A stretch of DNA of 64,000 nucleotides, from contig JBHLKM010000002.1 in assembly GCA_048886685.1 (NCBI GenBank), forward strand, positions 103,532 through 167,531, read 5' to 3'. Of this stretch, positions 1 to 10,954 are shown one piece after another (the first letter of the stretch is position 1; each line of letters opens with the position of its first letter). The DNA is from Candidatus Hodarchaeota archaeon. GTDB taxonomy: Archaea; Asgardarchaeota; Lokiarchaeia; Sigyniarchaeales; SOKP01. A model generated the notes under the pieces. It made no database searches. It had not been told where the DNA came from and worked only from the letters and a program-made list of their open reading frames with translations. Position numbers and translations under genes: made by a program.

Positions 1-2330
1 AAATATCCTGAAAATAATGGAGCATACCGAAAATCGGGTGAGTAAGGTAAATTAAATCCGATTATAGATAAATTAGTTCCTATATTTAGGTTTTGCTCAA
101 TGTCCCATGGTAAGAACACAAAACCAAAATTTGGGTCAGAATATAAAAAATAATTATGTGGAAGAAAAATGTAATCATCCCAATTACCTTGAAAATTACT
201 CGCAGCAAAATATTTTGCGAGAAGGGTTAAGTTAATAACTTCATGGATATTGCTCCAATTATAATTAATATAATGAACAAATTTTTGCAAATCAGAATAA
301 TCATCCAGTTCCTCATTAGTCCTTAATTCGTATACTCGGCGACCATCCCAAGTTAAAAAATCTTTTAAATCTCCCACATCTTCGAGAGTAGCCATTATAT
401 CAGTAGTTTTATATAGATTTCCTTCTGGGCTTTTAAAGTTAAAACGAACAAATGTTTTGTCAATATCTTCTGTGAGTAAATACAATCCTATATATACTTT
501 AGGGACAATGATATTACCTTTCTCGTCTGTTTTAGTTAAGTAAAGCTTTGCCCAGCTAACCCTTGGACATGGATAACAAAGAATATTATAAAGCTCATAA
601 CCAGCAACTTCGTTCATTAATGAAAAATCAATTGGAGCAGCTCGTAAATTTAACCTTTTTAATCCTAGAAATCGTCTATCTTCATTATCTGGGAAATTTT
701 TGTAAGAACCACCCCCTACATATAAGTCTGGTTCAGAAAATTTTAATTTGAAAGAATTTTTAGGATATAGATTATTATAATTACCACGAATTCGAAATCC
801 TACGTTATCCATTGAATAATTATCGATTGAGATATCACAAGGCATATACAAGCGTTCTGTCCAACGATTACTATCATTTTTACGAATTAGAATATCATTG
901 AAATAATCCCATTGAATTACAATACTAACTTCATGAATTTTATGAGCTGAAAATAGTTTTGATGATTTGTAGTATTGTCTTCTCGCAGTTGGATTGGAAA
1001 ATCCAAAAATTTCATCATCCTCTCGATATTTTGACGTAAAATTATCAGAAAAAATAGTATTTGGCTTATTAAGGATATCATCAATTAAGTTTACTCTAGT
1101 TATTATCCAATTTTCTATAGTATCGACCAAATCAGCGACAAAATCATTATCAGATGTAGCTCGAATAAGAGTAGTTTGGATTGGTATTCGAAGTTCACTA
1201 AAATACAAAATAAGATCATTAGAGTCCCAATAATTGGTACGAATATAACTCCAACGATTAACAATTTCAGATATAAACTTATTATTAATTGAAGAATTCT
1301 CAGGAAAAAGTAAACGATGGTATAGTTTACTCCACACGATTGAAGTTATTTCATGATTTTCTCTATTTAACCAAAGTTCAATCGGGATCCTGCCATCTTT
1401 GTAAAACCCCCAACTTTGAGCAAAATTCCAAGGGAGAAAAAAGAATCCTACTTCTGATTTTTGGTTTAATATTAGATAATATGAAGATCCCTCGATAATT
1501 TCATGCCCTACAAGTAAACCAAACAGGAGATTATCAATTATTGAAGATTTATCGAAGACTGTAAAAACACCGTTTTCCTTATTAAAAAATTCTTCTTCTG
1601 ATGCATTATGAATAAATTCCGTAAGATATTTGGAGACATGAGAGAAATCTAATATATTTGGGTACATTTGTTCCCATAAGGGGTCGATACTAGTAGGAGT
1701 ATTGTAAAAATCACCATTCCAATTAGTTGCTTTAAAAATCATATCGTTTTCTTCAGGATTATAAATATTTTCTTGCTCTAAATTCATCATCTTTCTGTCA
1801 ATCCTTTCACAGAGTAAATAAAGACCCTTATAATTTCCGTTTACAAAAACATCTATAAGTTTTGAGTGAGGAAGTCTATAATTTAAATTATTATCAGTTA
1901 TCATATTGAAGATATCAAATGCCATTTTAGTTCTAAGAGAATCTAAATACTTACCTTGAGGTAAAAGAAACCAATCATCATCATTACGAATTAGAAAGAG
2001 GTTTTCATTTTGGAATAATTCAAAAGAAAAACCTCCATCAGAATTCCTTTTTCTAATATTTGCGGCTAATTGACGATTTGCCCATCCGGATCCTACAAAT
2101 TCATTTGAAATAGGAGAAAATTTCAGAAAACATTGCTGAGAATAATTTGTTATTTCGCTTGAAACTTCAATATTAACACTTGGCACTTCGGGAGAATAAG
2201 TTATTGAACCTGTAATATCTTGGTATGAAAAATAGATAAAGGATGAAACAGTAATTGCTGAAATAATAATAAAAGGAATTAATTCTCTCTTGATTCTCGA
2301 TGGTTTTAATTTTTCAAGGCTATCTGGCAT
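1..2330 (-). CDS. Membrane-anchored protein with two tandem CotH-kinase-like domains; 3' end runs off the window
   Basis: Absent from the ORF track because it has no stop in the window. Manual translation from ATG 2330 gives MPDSLEKLKPSRIKRELIPFIIISAITVSSFIYF (TM), domain 1 (VFVNGNYKGLYLLCERID...PWNFAQSWG), then in the same frame domain 2 (VGFRIRGN...KNSFKLKF...LKRLNLR...GLYLLTEDID...GNWDDY..HNYFLY...PWDIE). Confidence 0.85.
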   Translation of the reverse strand, partial: MPDSLEKLKPSRIKRELIPFIIISAITVSSFIYFSYQDITGSITYSPEVPSVNIEVSSEITNYSQQCFLKFSPISNEFVGSGWANRQLAANIRKRNSDGGFSFELFQNENLFLIRNDDDWFLLPQGKYLDSLRTKMAFDIFNMITDNNLNYRLPHSKLIDVFVNGNYKGLYLLCERIDRKMMNLEQENIYNPEENDMIFKATNWNGDFYNTPTSIDPLWEQMYPNILDFSHVSKYLTEFIHNASEEEFFNKENGVFTVFDKSSIIDNLLFGLLVGHEIIEGSSYYLILNQKSEVGFFFLPWNFAQSWGFYKDGRIPIELWLNRENHEITSIVWSKLYHRLLFPENSSINNKFISEIVNRWSYIRTNYWDSNDLILYFSELRIPIQTTLIRATSDNDFVADLVDTIENWIITRVNLIDDILNKPNTIFSDNFTSKYREDDEIFGFSNPTARRQYYKSSKLFSAHKIHEVSIVIQWDYFNDILIRKNDSNRWTERLYMPCDISIDNYSMDNVGFRIRGNYNNLYPKNSFKLKFSEPDLYVGGGSYKNFPDNEDRRFLGLKRLNLRAAPIDFSLMNEVAGYELYNILCYPCPRVSWAKLYLTKTDEKGNIIVPKVYIGLYLLTEDIDKTFVRFNFKSPEGNLYKTTDIMATLEDVGDLKDFLTWDGRRVYELRTNEELDDYSDLQKFVHYINYNWSNIHEVINLTLLAKYFAASNFQGNWDDYIFLPHNYFLYSDPNFGFVFLPWDIEQNLNIGTNLSIIGFNLPYSPDFRYAPLFSGY

Positions 2331-2586
2331 GTATAGTCCTTTATAATTTTAAAATTTTAAAATATTTTAGATATTAAAAAATTGTCCTTGAAACTAATTT
2401 ATTTTATCTTAACTTTTATAAATTTCTAATCAATTTACACAAAATCTACAAATAAAATAATATAAAAAATTTTCAAACTATAAACAAAATGTATATTTAC
2501 TCAACAGAGTATTCTATCATGATGATTAAAGGTGATTACAAATAGAAACAGAGTCAATTGAAAAAGTTAAGATAAAGCTTGGTGGA

Positions 2587-5418
2587 ATGACATGTGCAAA
2601 TTGTGCTTTTAAAATTGAAAATAAGTTAAAGGGATTAAAAGGTGTAAGCAGTTCAGTAGTTAATTTTGCTAGTGAAGAAGCAACTGTTGAATATAATCCC
2701 AACACGACAAATATTAATGATTTTAATCAAGCTATTCGAGATTTAGGATATAAAGCTACGTTAGCGAAGATTGATCTCAAAGTAATTGATTCAATTACAG
2801 AAAATAATTTTAACGATTTGGTTAATTCTGTAAAACAAATTGAAGGAATCCATGACATTAGGGGCAATTATAACGCAAATAAATTATTTATTGAATTTAA
2901 TGAATTAAAATTAGATGAAAATAGAATTATTACTAGCATTAAGAAATTAGGTTTCAAAATTGAGAAAACTGCTGGCGTAATAGATAAAGAAATTGAGCAG
3001 CATAAAAAAGAGATGAATTATCGTCTTCGAATTCTTGGAATCTCTTTAATTTTTACATTTATTATTACACCAATTAGTTGGTTTGTAGCAGAATCCTTTG
3101 CAAGAAATTTAATACTATTTTTCCTTGCGGTTTTTAATTATTCAGTTGCAGGTTCGTTTTTCTTAATAGGGGCTTACAAATCTCTTAAAAATAAATCAAC
3201 CAACATGGATGTATTGGTTGCTTTAGGAACAACAACAGCATTAGTATACTCCATTTTAACAACATTTCGAATTGAAGGGAAGACCTTCTATGAAGCAATG
3301 TCAATGATCTTATCTTTTCTTTTGGTAGGAAAGTATTTTGAACATAAAACAAAAGGTCAAACATCTGAAGCTATTAAGAAATTGATTGGTTTACAACCAA
3401 AAACAGCAACATTATTAAAAAGTGGTCAAGAAATAGAGATACCTATTGAAGAAATCGAAGTAGGTGACATATTATTAGTAAGACCAGGTGAAAAAATACC
3501 TGTTGATGGTAAAGTAATCAAGGGAAAGACCAAAGTAGATGAGTCTATGATTACAGGAGAAAGTAGATATATCAAGAAAGAAATTGAGAGTGAAGTAATT
3601 GGTGCGACAGTAAATCAGACCGGGTTGATTCAAATTCAAACTGAAAAAGTAGGAAAGGACACTCTTTTATTTCAAATTATTAATTTTGTAAAAGAAGCTC
3701 AAAGTAAAAAAGCTGCAAAACAACAGTTAGCAGATAAAGTTAGCAATTATTTTGTTCCTATTGTGGTTCTTATTGCTGTAGGTGCATTTCTTTATTGGTA
3801 CTTTATTGCACAAATAGGATTAGAATTATCATTATTAGTTTTTACTTCTATAGTTGTTATATCATGTCCATGTGCTCTTGGTTTGGCAATTCCGACAGCT
3901 GTAATGGTAGGAACTGGTAAAGGTGCTGAAAATGGTATATTATTAAAGGGAGGAGATTCTCTTGAAGCAATAAATACAATTAATACTATAGTTTTTGATA
4001 AGACTGGAACACTAACTGTTGGAAAACCCAGAGTTTCGGTAATATATACTGAAAAGGAATTAGAAGGCCAAGGTTATGATGAGAATGAATTGTTGCTTTT
4101 TGCGGGGAGTGCTGAAATGGGATCTGAACATCCACTTGGTAAGGCTATTATTGAAGAAGCAAACCAACGGGGATTAAATCTTGAAACGCCTACTGATTTT
4201 GATGCTATTCCAGGTAAAGGAATTAGAACTTTTGTTAAAAATAAGGCAATTTTAATTGGTAATGAAAAATTGATATTAGATTACCAAATCTCTTTAGACG
4301 CTTATAAGAGTAAGCATAATGAATTTCAACAACAAGGGATAACAACCATATTAATAAGTATTGAAAATAAAATCAGAGGAATTATTGGAATATCAGACAA
4401 ACTTAAGGATCAGGCTCCTTATGCATTAAATAAGTTGCGAGAAAGAGGATTAGACATTTATATGATTACTGGTGATAATAAACAAACTGCTTATAGCATT
4501 GGTCGAATGCTAGAAATAGATGAAGATCATATTTTAGCAGAAGTATTGCCAAATGATAAAGCGATAACAATACAGAAGCTTCAAGAATCAAGTGATCATA
4601 AAATTGTTGGCATGGTAGGAGATGGTATTAACGATGCTCCTGCTTTAGCGCAAGCAGATGTCGGGATTGCGATAGGATCTGGAACTGATGTAGCAATTGA
4701 AACAGCAGATATTGTATTGATGAGGGGTGACTTGCGTAATGTTGTCTCGGCTATTAATCTATCAAAAAAAACATATAAAAAAATGATTACAAATCTTTTT
4801 TGGGCATTTATTTATAATCTTATTGGAATTCCCATTGCTGCAGGAATCTTATATTATGCTACAGGGTTCTTTTTACCACCTTATTTAGCAGCAATTTTTA
4901 TGGCATCAAGTTCGGTTTCAGTAGTAACTAATGCTTTATTTCTAAAGAAGTATGAACCTAAAACACCTCAACAAATTGAAGAAGAAAGATTATTAATTTC
5001 TCAAGAAAAAGTGACAGATCCAGTATGTGGAATGGAACTAGATCCAAGGCGAGCAATTGAATACGAATATAATGATAAAATTTATCATTTCTGTAATCCT
5101 AACTGTGAAGCTCACTTCAAAAGAGATCCTGAAAGATTCAAAAATTACGATGCTATGGATCCAAAATTAATGCAAATGAAAAGTCCTGATGAAAGTGGAA
5201 AGGATGTAATTAAAAATGAAAATATTCAAAAAAAAGAGGAGGATAAAAAAATGGGTAAATTAAAATGTGTGGAGTGTGGATTAGAACAAGAACTTCCAAT
5301 GCATTGTGGACAAGCAATGCATAAAGAAGGTGATCAATTAGTCTGCTGGATGGGTGCTAGTTGTGGTACTCAACCAATTCCAGAACATCATGGTAAACCT
5401 ATGGAAGTTCTAGAATAG
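2587..5418 (+). CDS. copA: Cu(I)-translocating P1B-type ATPase with HMA, degenerate HMA, YHS and C-terminal Cys/His domain; true start probably near 2542
   Basis: GMTCANC, TGES, CPC, DKTGT, GDGIND, YN and MASSS motifs; YHS motif DPVCGM...YHFCNPNC. Confidence 0.95.
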   Translation: MTCANCAFKIENKLKGLKGVSSSVVNFASEEATVEYNPNTTNINDFNQAIRDLGYKATLAKIDLKVIDSITENNFNDLVNSVKQIEGIHDIRGNYNANKLFIEFNELKLDENRIITSIKKLGFKIEKTAGVIDKEIEQHKKEMNYRLRILGISLIFTFIITPISWFVAESFARNLILFFLAVFNYSVAGSFFLIGAYKSLKNKSTNMDVLVALGTTTALVYSILTTFRIEGKTFYEAMSMILSFLLVGKYFEHKTKGQTSEAIKKLIGLQPKTATLLKSGQEIEIPIEEIEVGDILLVRPGEKIPVDGKVIKGKTKVDESMITGESRYIKKEIESEVIGATVNQTGLIQIQTEKVGKDTLLFQIINFVKEAQSKKAAKQQLADKVSNYFVPIVVLIAVGAFLYWYFIAQIGLELSLLVFTSIVVISCPCALGLAIPTAVMVGTGKGAENGILLKGGDSLEAINTINTIVFDKTGTLTVGKPRVSVIYTEKELEGQGYDENELLLFAGSAEMGSEHPLGKAIIEEANQRGLNLETPTDFDAIPGKGIRTFVKNKAILIGNEKLILDYQISLDAYKSKHNEFQQQGITTILISIENKIRGIIGISDKLKDQAPYALNKLRERGLDIYMITGDNKQTAYSIGRMLEIDEDHILAEVLPNDKAITIQKLQESSDHKIVGMVGDGINDAPALAQADVGIAIGSGTDVAIETADIVLMRGDLRNVVSAINLSKKTYKKMITNLFWAFIYNLIGIPIAAGILYYATGFFLPPYLAAIFMASSSVSVVTNALFLKKYEPKTPQQIEEERLLISQEKVTDPVCGMELDPRRAIEYEYNDKIYHFCNPNCEAHFKRDPERFKNYDAMDPKLMQMKSPDESGKDVIKNENIQKKEEDKKMGKLKCVECGLEQELPMHCGQAMHKEGDQLVCWMGASCGTQPIPEHHGKPMEVLE

Positions 5419-5438
5419 GAAAAACTGAAGGTGATGAC

Positions 5439-5621
5439 ATGAGCAGGTTAAAATTAAAATGCTGCAAATGTGGAAATATAATGGAAACACTTCCCAGCAG
5501 TAGTCGAGATATTATTATAGATGAAGAAAGTGGTGAAATGCTATATTGGAATGGTAAAAAATGTGGTTATAGACCTGCTGATTGCCTTGTATGCGATAAA
5601 TGTCAAGAAAAAGGTTGTTAA
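5439..5621 (+). CDS. Small Cys-rich metal-binding protein
   Basis: AAGGTGA Shine-Dalgarno upstream; CCKCG...CG...CLVCDKC; resembles the CopA C-terminal domain. Confidence 0.75.
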   Translation: MSRLKLKCCKCGNIMETLPSSSRDIIIDEESGEMLYWNGKKCGYRPADCLVCDKCQEKGC

Positions 5622-5725
5622 AATAAGGTTTTTCTTGATCCCATTTTTATAATTCATAAAATATAATTTTTAATACAAATCTAATCTATTATTTTCCAAT
5701 AATCAATAAGCAGAGATTAATAATT

Positions 5726-6724
5726 ATGAAATATTATTCAAATATTTTGAAATTGATCGGAAGAACACCCTTAGTTCGAATTGAAAAGAGTAATCCAAAT
5801 CCTAACGTATTATTACTAGCAAAATTAGAAAAATATAATCCTGCTGGATCAGTTAAGGATAGAATCGCAATTTCAATGATTGAGGAGGCTGAGAAAGAGG
5901 GTATTCTAACACCAGATAAAATAGTGATTGAGCCAAGTAGCGGTAATACAGGTATAGGTTTAGCATTAGTCTGCGCAGTGAAAGGATATCAATTGGAGAT
6001 TGTAATGCCTGAAACAATGTCTGTTGAAAGACGTAAAATCATGACTGCTTATGGTGCAAAAATAACATTAACTCCAGGAGAAGAGGGAATGAATGGAGCA
6101 CAAGATTACGTTAAAGAAACTGTTAAAAAAAAACCAGACAAATATTTCTTCCCAAACCAATTTGCTAATGAAAATAATCCTTTAGCACATTACAGATATA
6201 CTGCTGAAGAAATAATAGAAGATACCGACGGTGATATCGATGTATTTGTTGCGGGACTTGGCACCACAGGTACATTGATGGGTGTTTCAAGGCGTTTAAA
6301 AGAGCATAATCCTGATATTAAAATTATAGCTGTTGAACCCGAAGCAGAAGCACCCGTTCAAGGATTAAAGAATCTTGAAACATCCTACATACCAGATATA
6401 TATGACGAATCTCAAATAGATGAGAAAGTCTATATAAACATGGAAAATGCAGAACATGCATCAAGGATGCTTTCCCTCCAAGAAGGAATCTTCACAGGGA
6501 TAAGTTCTGGTGCAGCCATGCATGTAGCAATAGAAACTGCGAGAAAAATGAAATCTGGAACTATTGTTGTTTTATTGCCAGATGGAGGTGAGAAATATAT
6601 TAGTCATCCGATTTTCTATCCTGAAAAATGTCTAGAATGTACTAAAAAGTGTAAAATTATGACCCTATGGGATGATAAATATATTGCTTCCATATCTGAA
6701 TGGTGGGAAAATAAACCTGAATAA
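5726..6724 (+). CDS. cysM: Cysteine synthase (CysK/CysM family, PLP-dependent)
   Basis: NPAGSVKDR (PLP lysine), EPSSGNTG, GLGTTGT, GISSGAA, LPDGGEKY. Confidence 0.9.
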   Translation: MKYYSNILKLIGRTPLVRIEKSNPNPNVLLLAKLEKYNPAGSVKDRIAISMIEEAEKEGILTPDKIVIEPSSGNTGIGLALVCAVKGYQLEIVMPETMSVERRKIMTAYGAKITLTPGEEGMNGAQDYVKETVKKKPDKYFFPNQFANENNPLAHYRYTAEEIIEDTDGDIDVFVAGLGTTGTLMGVSRRLKEHNPDIKIIAVEPEAEAPVQGLKNLETSYIPDIYDESQIDEKVYINMENAEHASRMLSLQEGIFTGISSGAAMHVAIETARKMKSGTIVVLLPDGGEKYISHPIFYPEKCLECTKKCKIMTLWDDKYIASISEWWENKPE

Positions 6725-6739
6725 TTGTCTATACTAACA

Positions 6740-8020
6740 TTACCTATTCTTATTAATTCTAATTTTCAACCATATTTCTAATAAAATAAAAATTATTAAT
6801 CCAATTAAGCAGAGGAATGCTCCAACAAGAAATGCACATTGATAGGCGAAGACTTCATTTTTTCCTTCATTTATCAGAATGTCAATTAAAGGACCACTTA
6901 TTAATGTACTCGCCGAACCCCATGATAGGAAAAATGTTGTGTTGTAAACTGCAAAAAGTTTACCTCTCATTCTTGCGGGAATTAAAACTGAAGCAATAGC
7001 ATATGAGGATGCATATATTATGACTTCTGCAGCTCCAATTAAAAATCCACCTATAAAAATAAGCTGTAAAATATTGGTAATTGCAGTTATTATCAATGCG
7101 ATAATCCCTATAGAAGTTCCAAGAATTAAAGCGCGAGAATGACCTAATTTGTTGCTCAAAAATCCCGCTGTAAATCCAATTATCATTACTGCTATTGAAC
7201 GCATATTAGCTATAAAGCTTAACATAATGCTATTCACATTGAATCCTGAATCTAAAGAAAGATATTGTGAATAAGGTACAGCTATGGAATTTCTCCCAAA
7301 ATTTATAAAAATCAAAGCCACTATGAATATTATAAAAAAGAATAAATTATTTCGATTTTTTTCTCCTTCATTCAATAAATTTTCTTTCTCTATTGCTTCT
7401 AAGTCAATACCACCCTCAGGTGCAAATAGCATTGGTATTGATGATATAAACATTACGAACGAAGCGACGAAGAACAGTGGCCCATTTCTGAACCCAAAAC
7501 CTGAGTCATAAAGTATTCCTCCTAGAAATATTCCAATTATACGTCCTAATCCTCCTAGGCTCGTTAGCTGTCCCATTATTTTACTACGTTTCTCATAAGG
7601 GTATAAATCGCTTATCAGAGCACTCCAACCAATATTAGACATCGACCAAAACATTTCGACAAAACTAAGACCAATAATTATTACATACCCTGCTACATAT
7701 AAGTTTTCGAAGGAGAAGTGTATGGCCCAAATAGTTATCGTTCCAGCACCTGCTAAAATTTCTCCAGTTATTATAAATGTTCGACGGCGTTGAAGCTTAT
7801 CACTTATTGGTCCCCACACTAAATTTTGAAAGATGACACTCATTATCATAGGTAAAGTAGCATATAAAGTAGTCTCCCAAACTGATAGGTTTAAGAATTC
7901 TTTTAAATAAATTGATAAAAATGTGTAAAATAAGCCTCTCCTAAACATAGCAAGCATTTGAAATGAAGATAAGCCGAAAAACACCTGAGTGGCTGAATAT
8001 GAATGTTCTTTAAAAGGCAC
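6740..8020 (-). CDS. MFS transporter
   Basis: About 12 hydrophobic segments; motif A-like GPISDKLQRRR and GFLSNKLGHSR. Confidence 0.9.
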   Translation of the reverse strand: MPFKEHSYSATQVFFGLSSFQMLAMFRRGLFYTFLSIYLKEFLNLSVWETTLYATLPMIMSVIFQNLVWGPISDKLQRRRTFIITGEILAGAGTITIWAIHFSFENLYVAGYVIIIGLSFVEMFWSMSNIGWSALISDLYPYEKRSKIMGQLTSLGGLGRIIGIFLGGILYDSGFGFRNGPLFFVASFVMFISSIPMLFAPEGGIDLEAIEKENLLNEGEKNRNNLFFFIIFIVALIFINFGRNSIAVPYSQYLSLDSGFNVNSIMLSFIANMRSIAVMIIGFTAGFLSNKLGHSRALILGTSIGIIALIITAITNILQLIFIGGFLIGAAEVIIYASSYAIASVLIPARMRGKLFAVYNTTFFLSWGSASTLISGPLIDILINEGKNEVFAYQCAFLVGAFLCLIGLIIFILLEIWLKIRINKNR

Positions 8021-8121
8021 TATATTCCTTTAAATCATATTTACTTTGATTAAATACTTGAAAGAAAGATATCTTCTAAATATTTTTATGAAGTTTTTGC
8101 TCAAAGTTGAGGAATTTAGAC

Positions 8122-10491
8122 TTATTTCTTTTCAAAAACTTTAGCCATTGCCTCCAAATTTTTTCTTAATTTAGGGCTATCTGGTATTTTTTCTAATTGT
8201 TCAGTATATATTGGGTAATATATATGCAAAATACTTAATATTTCAATCCAAGATTTCTGAGTTTCTGTTTTATCAGGAATTTCCTTTTTTAATTGGAATA
8301 AAACTCTCTTCTCTTTTTTTGCTTTTAGATTTTTGAGAAAAGTTTTAGTAACTATAATTCGAAATTTAGAGTACTCCTCAGGTCTGAAATTCACCAAAGA
8401 ATAATTCATATTATCATCCGCGAAAGGTAAAATTCTAATCCTTTTATCCTCAGGCTCATTTGGATTCTCAACTAAAGAGATTTCAATATTACTCTTGTTT
8501 AGATCTTCCAATATGGGATATAATTCTCCAGGTGTTATTCTTGTAGCTAATTCAATTTCATTAGAAATCTCAGATATTGGTATGTAAAATTCAGGCATTT
8601 TTTTTGGATTTTCTAACCTATAATTATATTCTTTTTTAATTATTTGGATTATCACAGATTTCAAATTCTCTGTAAACTGCTCAGAAGTGAAAGAAATATC
8701 TGCCTTTTTTAGTTTTTCGTCATGTAATTCTTTATCTTTTTGTTTCTTACTAAAATCAGAAGTAAGAGATGATATAAAACTATTTGTGGTGTTCCCTGCT
8801 TCAGCATCTACAGTTAACCTGCTAGTCTTTCTATCTTTCTCTAAAGCCATTTCTAAGATTCTCTCGCTTAGATATCTTCTTGCCTTTTGCTTGGCGACTC
8901 CTTTCTTCTCAAAACGTTCAGTAACGGATACAAAATCAATCATTTTTATCGGTTTTCCTAAATCCTGTTTTTCTTCTTTAATTAAAATATCCATATCCTT
9001 TTTTACCAATTGTTCAAGTAGTGCATAAACATTTCCCTTCGATAATTGCGTAGCTTTAATTAGCTCTCGCTCAATTATTTCGATCGGGTAAGCGTCACCT
9101 CTCCTAATATATTCACCTCTAATAATTTTATAAATTCTTTCCATACTCTCCTCTTCTGCGCTTACGGTCTCTTTTTGTAATCTCATGAACATAGATGTTT
9201 CGTGAGGTTTTAAATAATAAATTAAGATAGTGCTACCCAAGAAAAAAATCATTAGAACTGAGATTATGTATTTATCAGCCATTAATACGATTCCAATATC
9301 GGTAACTATTTGGTTAGTTATTTGACTTGCTATGGCAAAACGAGTTAATGTTTGAGCAAATACACAGGCTAGACAAAGCAAAATTAGGCCGTCTTTTTTA
9401 AAGAAAAGAATTCGCCACCCAATTGTCTGCCCAGTTTTTCTTATAATTCGAAATAAAAAATACATAGAAATTATAAATTCAAATATGTATATGTATGACG
9501 CTGGTGAACCCGTTGCCCCGATTGTTGCCTTAAAAGCTGTAACTGTATCATCTTGAAGAAGCATATATATACTAATTTGCAAAATCTGAAAGAAAAAGAT
9601 AAACAAAACAATTAAAGAAAAGGTAAAGTTGTCAAATGTACCTGCTCTTTTAGTTTCTGCTCGTCTTCTAGTAAGCACAAATTCAAAAATAATAAAGACT
9701 AATGTCATAACTAAGCTGAAATAAATCAGTGGCATGATTACACGCATTTCTAAATTATAAACCTTAACCGCACTAGTGGGATCAACATCTCCAAAAAATT
9801 CTAAAGATAACCACACCAAAAAACTCCTATAAAATAAGGAAATTATAACAAGTATGCCTAAAATAAAAAATGGAATAATTATCGCAAAGAAATATCTTGG
9901 AATTGAATATTTTTTAATAAATCTTGCTTCTATTTTTGTTGAAAATTTCCTTGAATAAATATAAAAGCGACTACTTAAGAGAACTAACCAAATCATTGCT
10001 AGAGTTAATAAATATGTCATAAAATTAAAATCTGTTGAAATATATAATAATAGCAGATACAATACAGCAAATAGAACGCAATATAATATCAGTTGCTTAA
10101 TTACAGTTTTTTCTTCAAAAATAAATATTCTTATTTTATCTACGCTAAACAAAAAAGACAATACTAAAAATAATGCGACAATAGTATTTGAAAAAACAAA
10201 GGGATTACCTAACATCAATAAATTAATCCAAGTACTTTCTGGAATGTTAATAGCAGTAATCAATAGCAGTGAATATATAGCAAATATTCCATATAATCCA
10301 TAAAATCTTCGCTGGAAAGAATATGACTTTGGTTCTTGACCATCTACATAGACTTCTTGATGGACTATTTTATCATGATAAAAAGCTGATAACGTATTTT
10401 TTGTTTTTGATGTGAAGCCCTTAACTTTTTTTTTAACCCCAATTTTTCCAGGTTTTGACTTTTTTGAAGAATCCGATTGCTTATTAGACAT
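8122..10491 (-). CDS. Multi-pass membrane protein with a duplicated winged-helix-like cytoplasmic region
   Basis: About 11-12 TM segments in the N-terminal half; two similar soluble blocks (IIRGEY..PIEIIERELIKATQLSKGNVYALLEQL and IIKKEY..PISEISNEIELATRITPGELYPILEDL). Confidence 0.75.
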   Translation of the reverse strand: MSNKQSDSSKKSKPGKIGVKKKVKGFTSKTKNTLSAFYHDKIVHQEVYVDGQEPKSYSFQRRFYGLYGIFAIYSLLLITAINIPESTWINLLMLGNPFVFSNTIVALFLVLSFLFSVDKIRIFIFEEKTVIKQLILYCVLFAVLYLLLLYISTDFNFMTYLLTLAMIWLVLLSSRFYIYSRKFSTKIEARFIKKYSIPRYFFAIIIPFFILGILVIISLFYRSFLVWLSLEFFGDVDPTSAVKVYNLEMRVIMPLIYFSLVMTLVFIIFEFVLTRRRAETKRAGTFDNFTFSLIVLFIFFFQILQISIYMLLQDDTVTAFKATIGATGSPASYIYIFEFIISMYFLFRIIRKTGQTIGWRILFFKKDGLILLCLACVFAQTLTRFAIASQITNQIVTDIGIVLMADKYIISVLMIFFLGSTILIYYLKPHETSMFMRLQKETVSAEEESMERIYKIIRGEYIRRGDAYPIEIIERELIKATQLSKGNVYALLEQLVKKDMDILIKEEKQDLGKPIKMIDFVSVTERFEKKGVAKQKARRYLSERILEMALEKDRKTSRLTVDAEAGNTTNSFISSLTSDFSKKQKDKELHDEKLKKADISFTSEQFTENLKSVIIQIIKKEYNYRLENPKKMPEFYIPISEISNEIELATRITPGELYPILEDLNKSNIEISLVENPNEPEDKRIRILPFADDNMNYSLVNFRPEEYSKFRIIVTKTFLKNLKAKKEKRVLFQLKKEIPDKTETQKSWIEILSILHIYYPIYTEQLEKIPDSPKLRKNLEAMAKVFEKK

Positions 10492-10667
10492 TATATGTAT
10501 TAATTTTTTAAATTAATTTAAACCTAATTATATATTAAAAATAGAATTCAGAACTCTGCAATTAAAAGGGATATCCATATTAAGTCAATTGATTAATTTC
10601 AGATGAAAGTTTTAAAAACACTCTAATATAACATATAAATATATTATATCGATTTTTTTTTTTAAGA

Positions 10668-10946
10668 ATGATAAAGACTAAAGCAGAAAATAGAGAAAGC
10701 CTGATAAGTCTAGTAAAAAAGGCAATTGAGTTACTTTGCGAGAAAAACATTTCAAGTGTTGTAATTTTATCTTCTTATAAGATCAATTCTGTTCTCCGTG
10801 AAAACTATGGAGTAGATATCAAAGTTGATAGAATAGGCAGAATTTTAAGTCGGGTTGCTAAATTAAATCAATTAAAAAGATTAAATACAAATATTCCGAA
10901 ATATAAATTACAAATTTCAAAGGTATCTAGTCTACAATTCTTTTAA
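10668..10946 (+). CDS. Small basic hypothetical protein, possibly winged-helix
   Basis: 92-aa ORF with an HTH-plus-wing-like pattern (SSYKINSVLRENYG...VDRIGRILSRVAK...PKYKL). Confidence 0.65.
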   Translation: MIKTKAENRESLISLVKKAIELLCEKNISSVVILSSYKINSVLRENYGVDIKVDRIGRILSRVAKLNQLKRLNTNIPKYKLQISKVSSLQFF

Positions 10947-10954
10947 AAACAAAC

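Noticed and set aside
563-1498. Three short plus-strand ORFs in the track
   Set aside because: Antisense shadows of the long minus-strand CotH gene.
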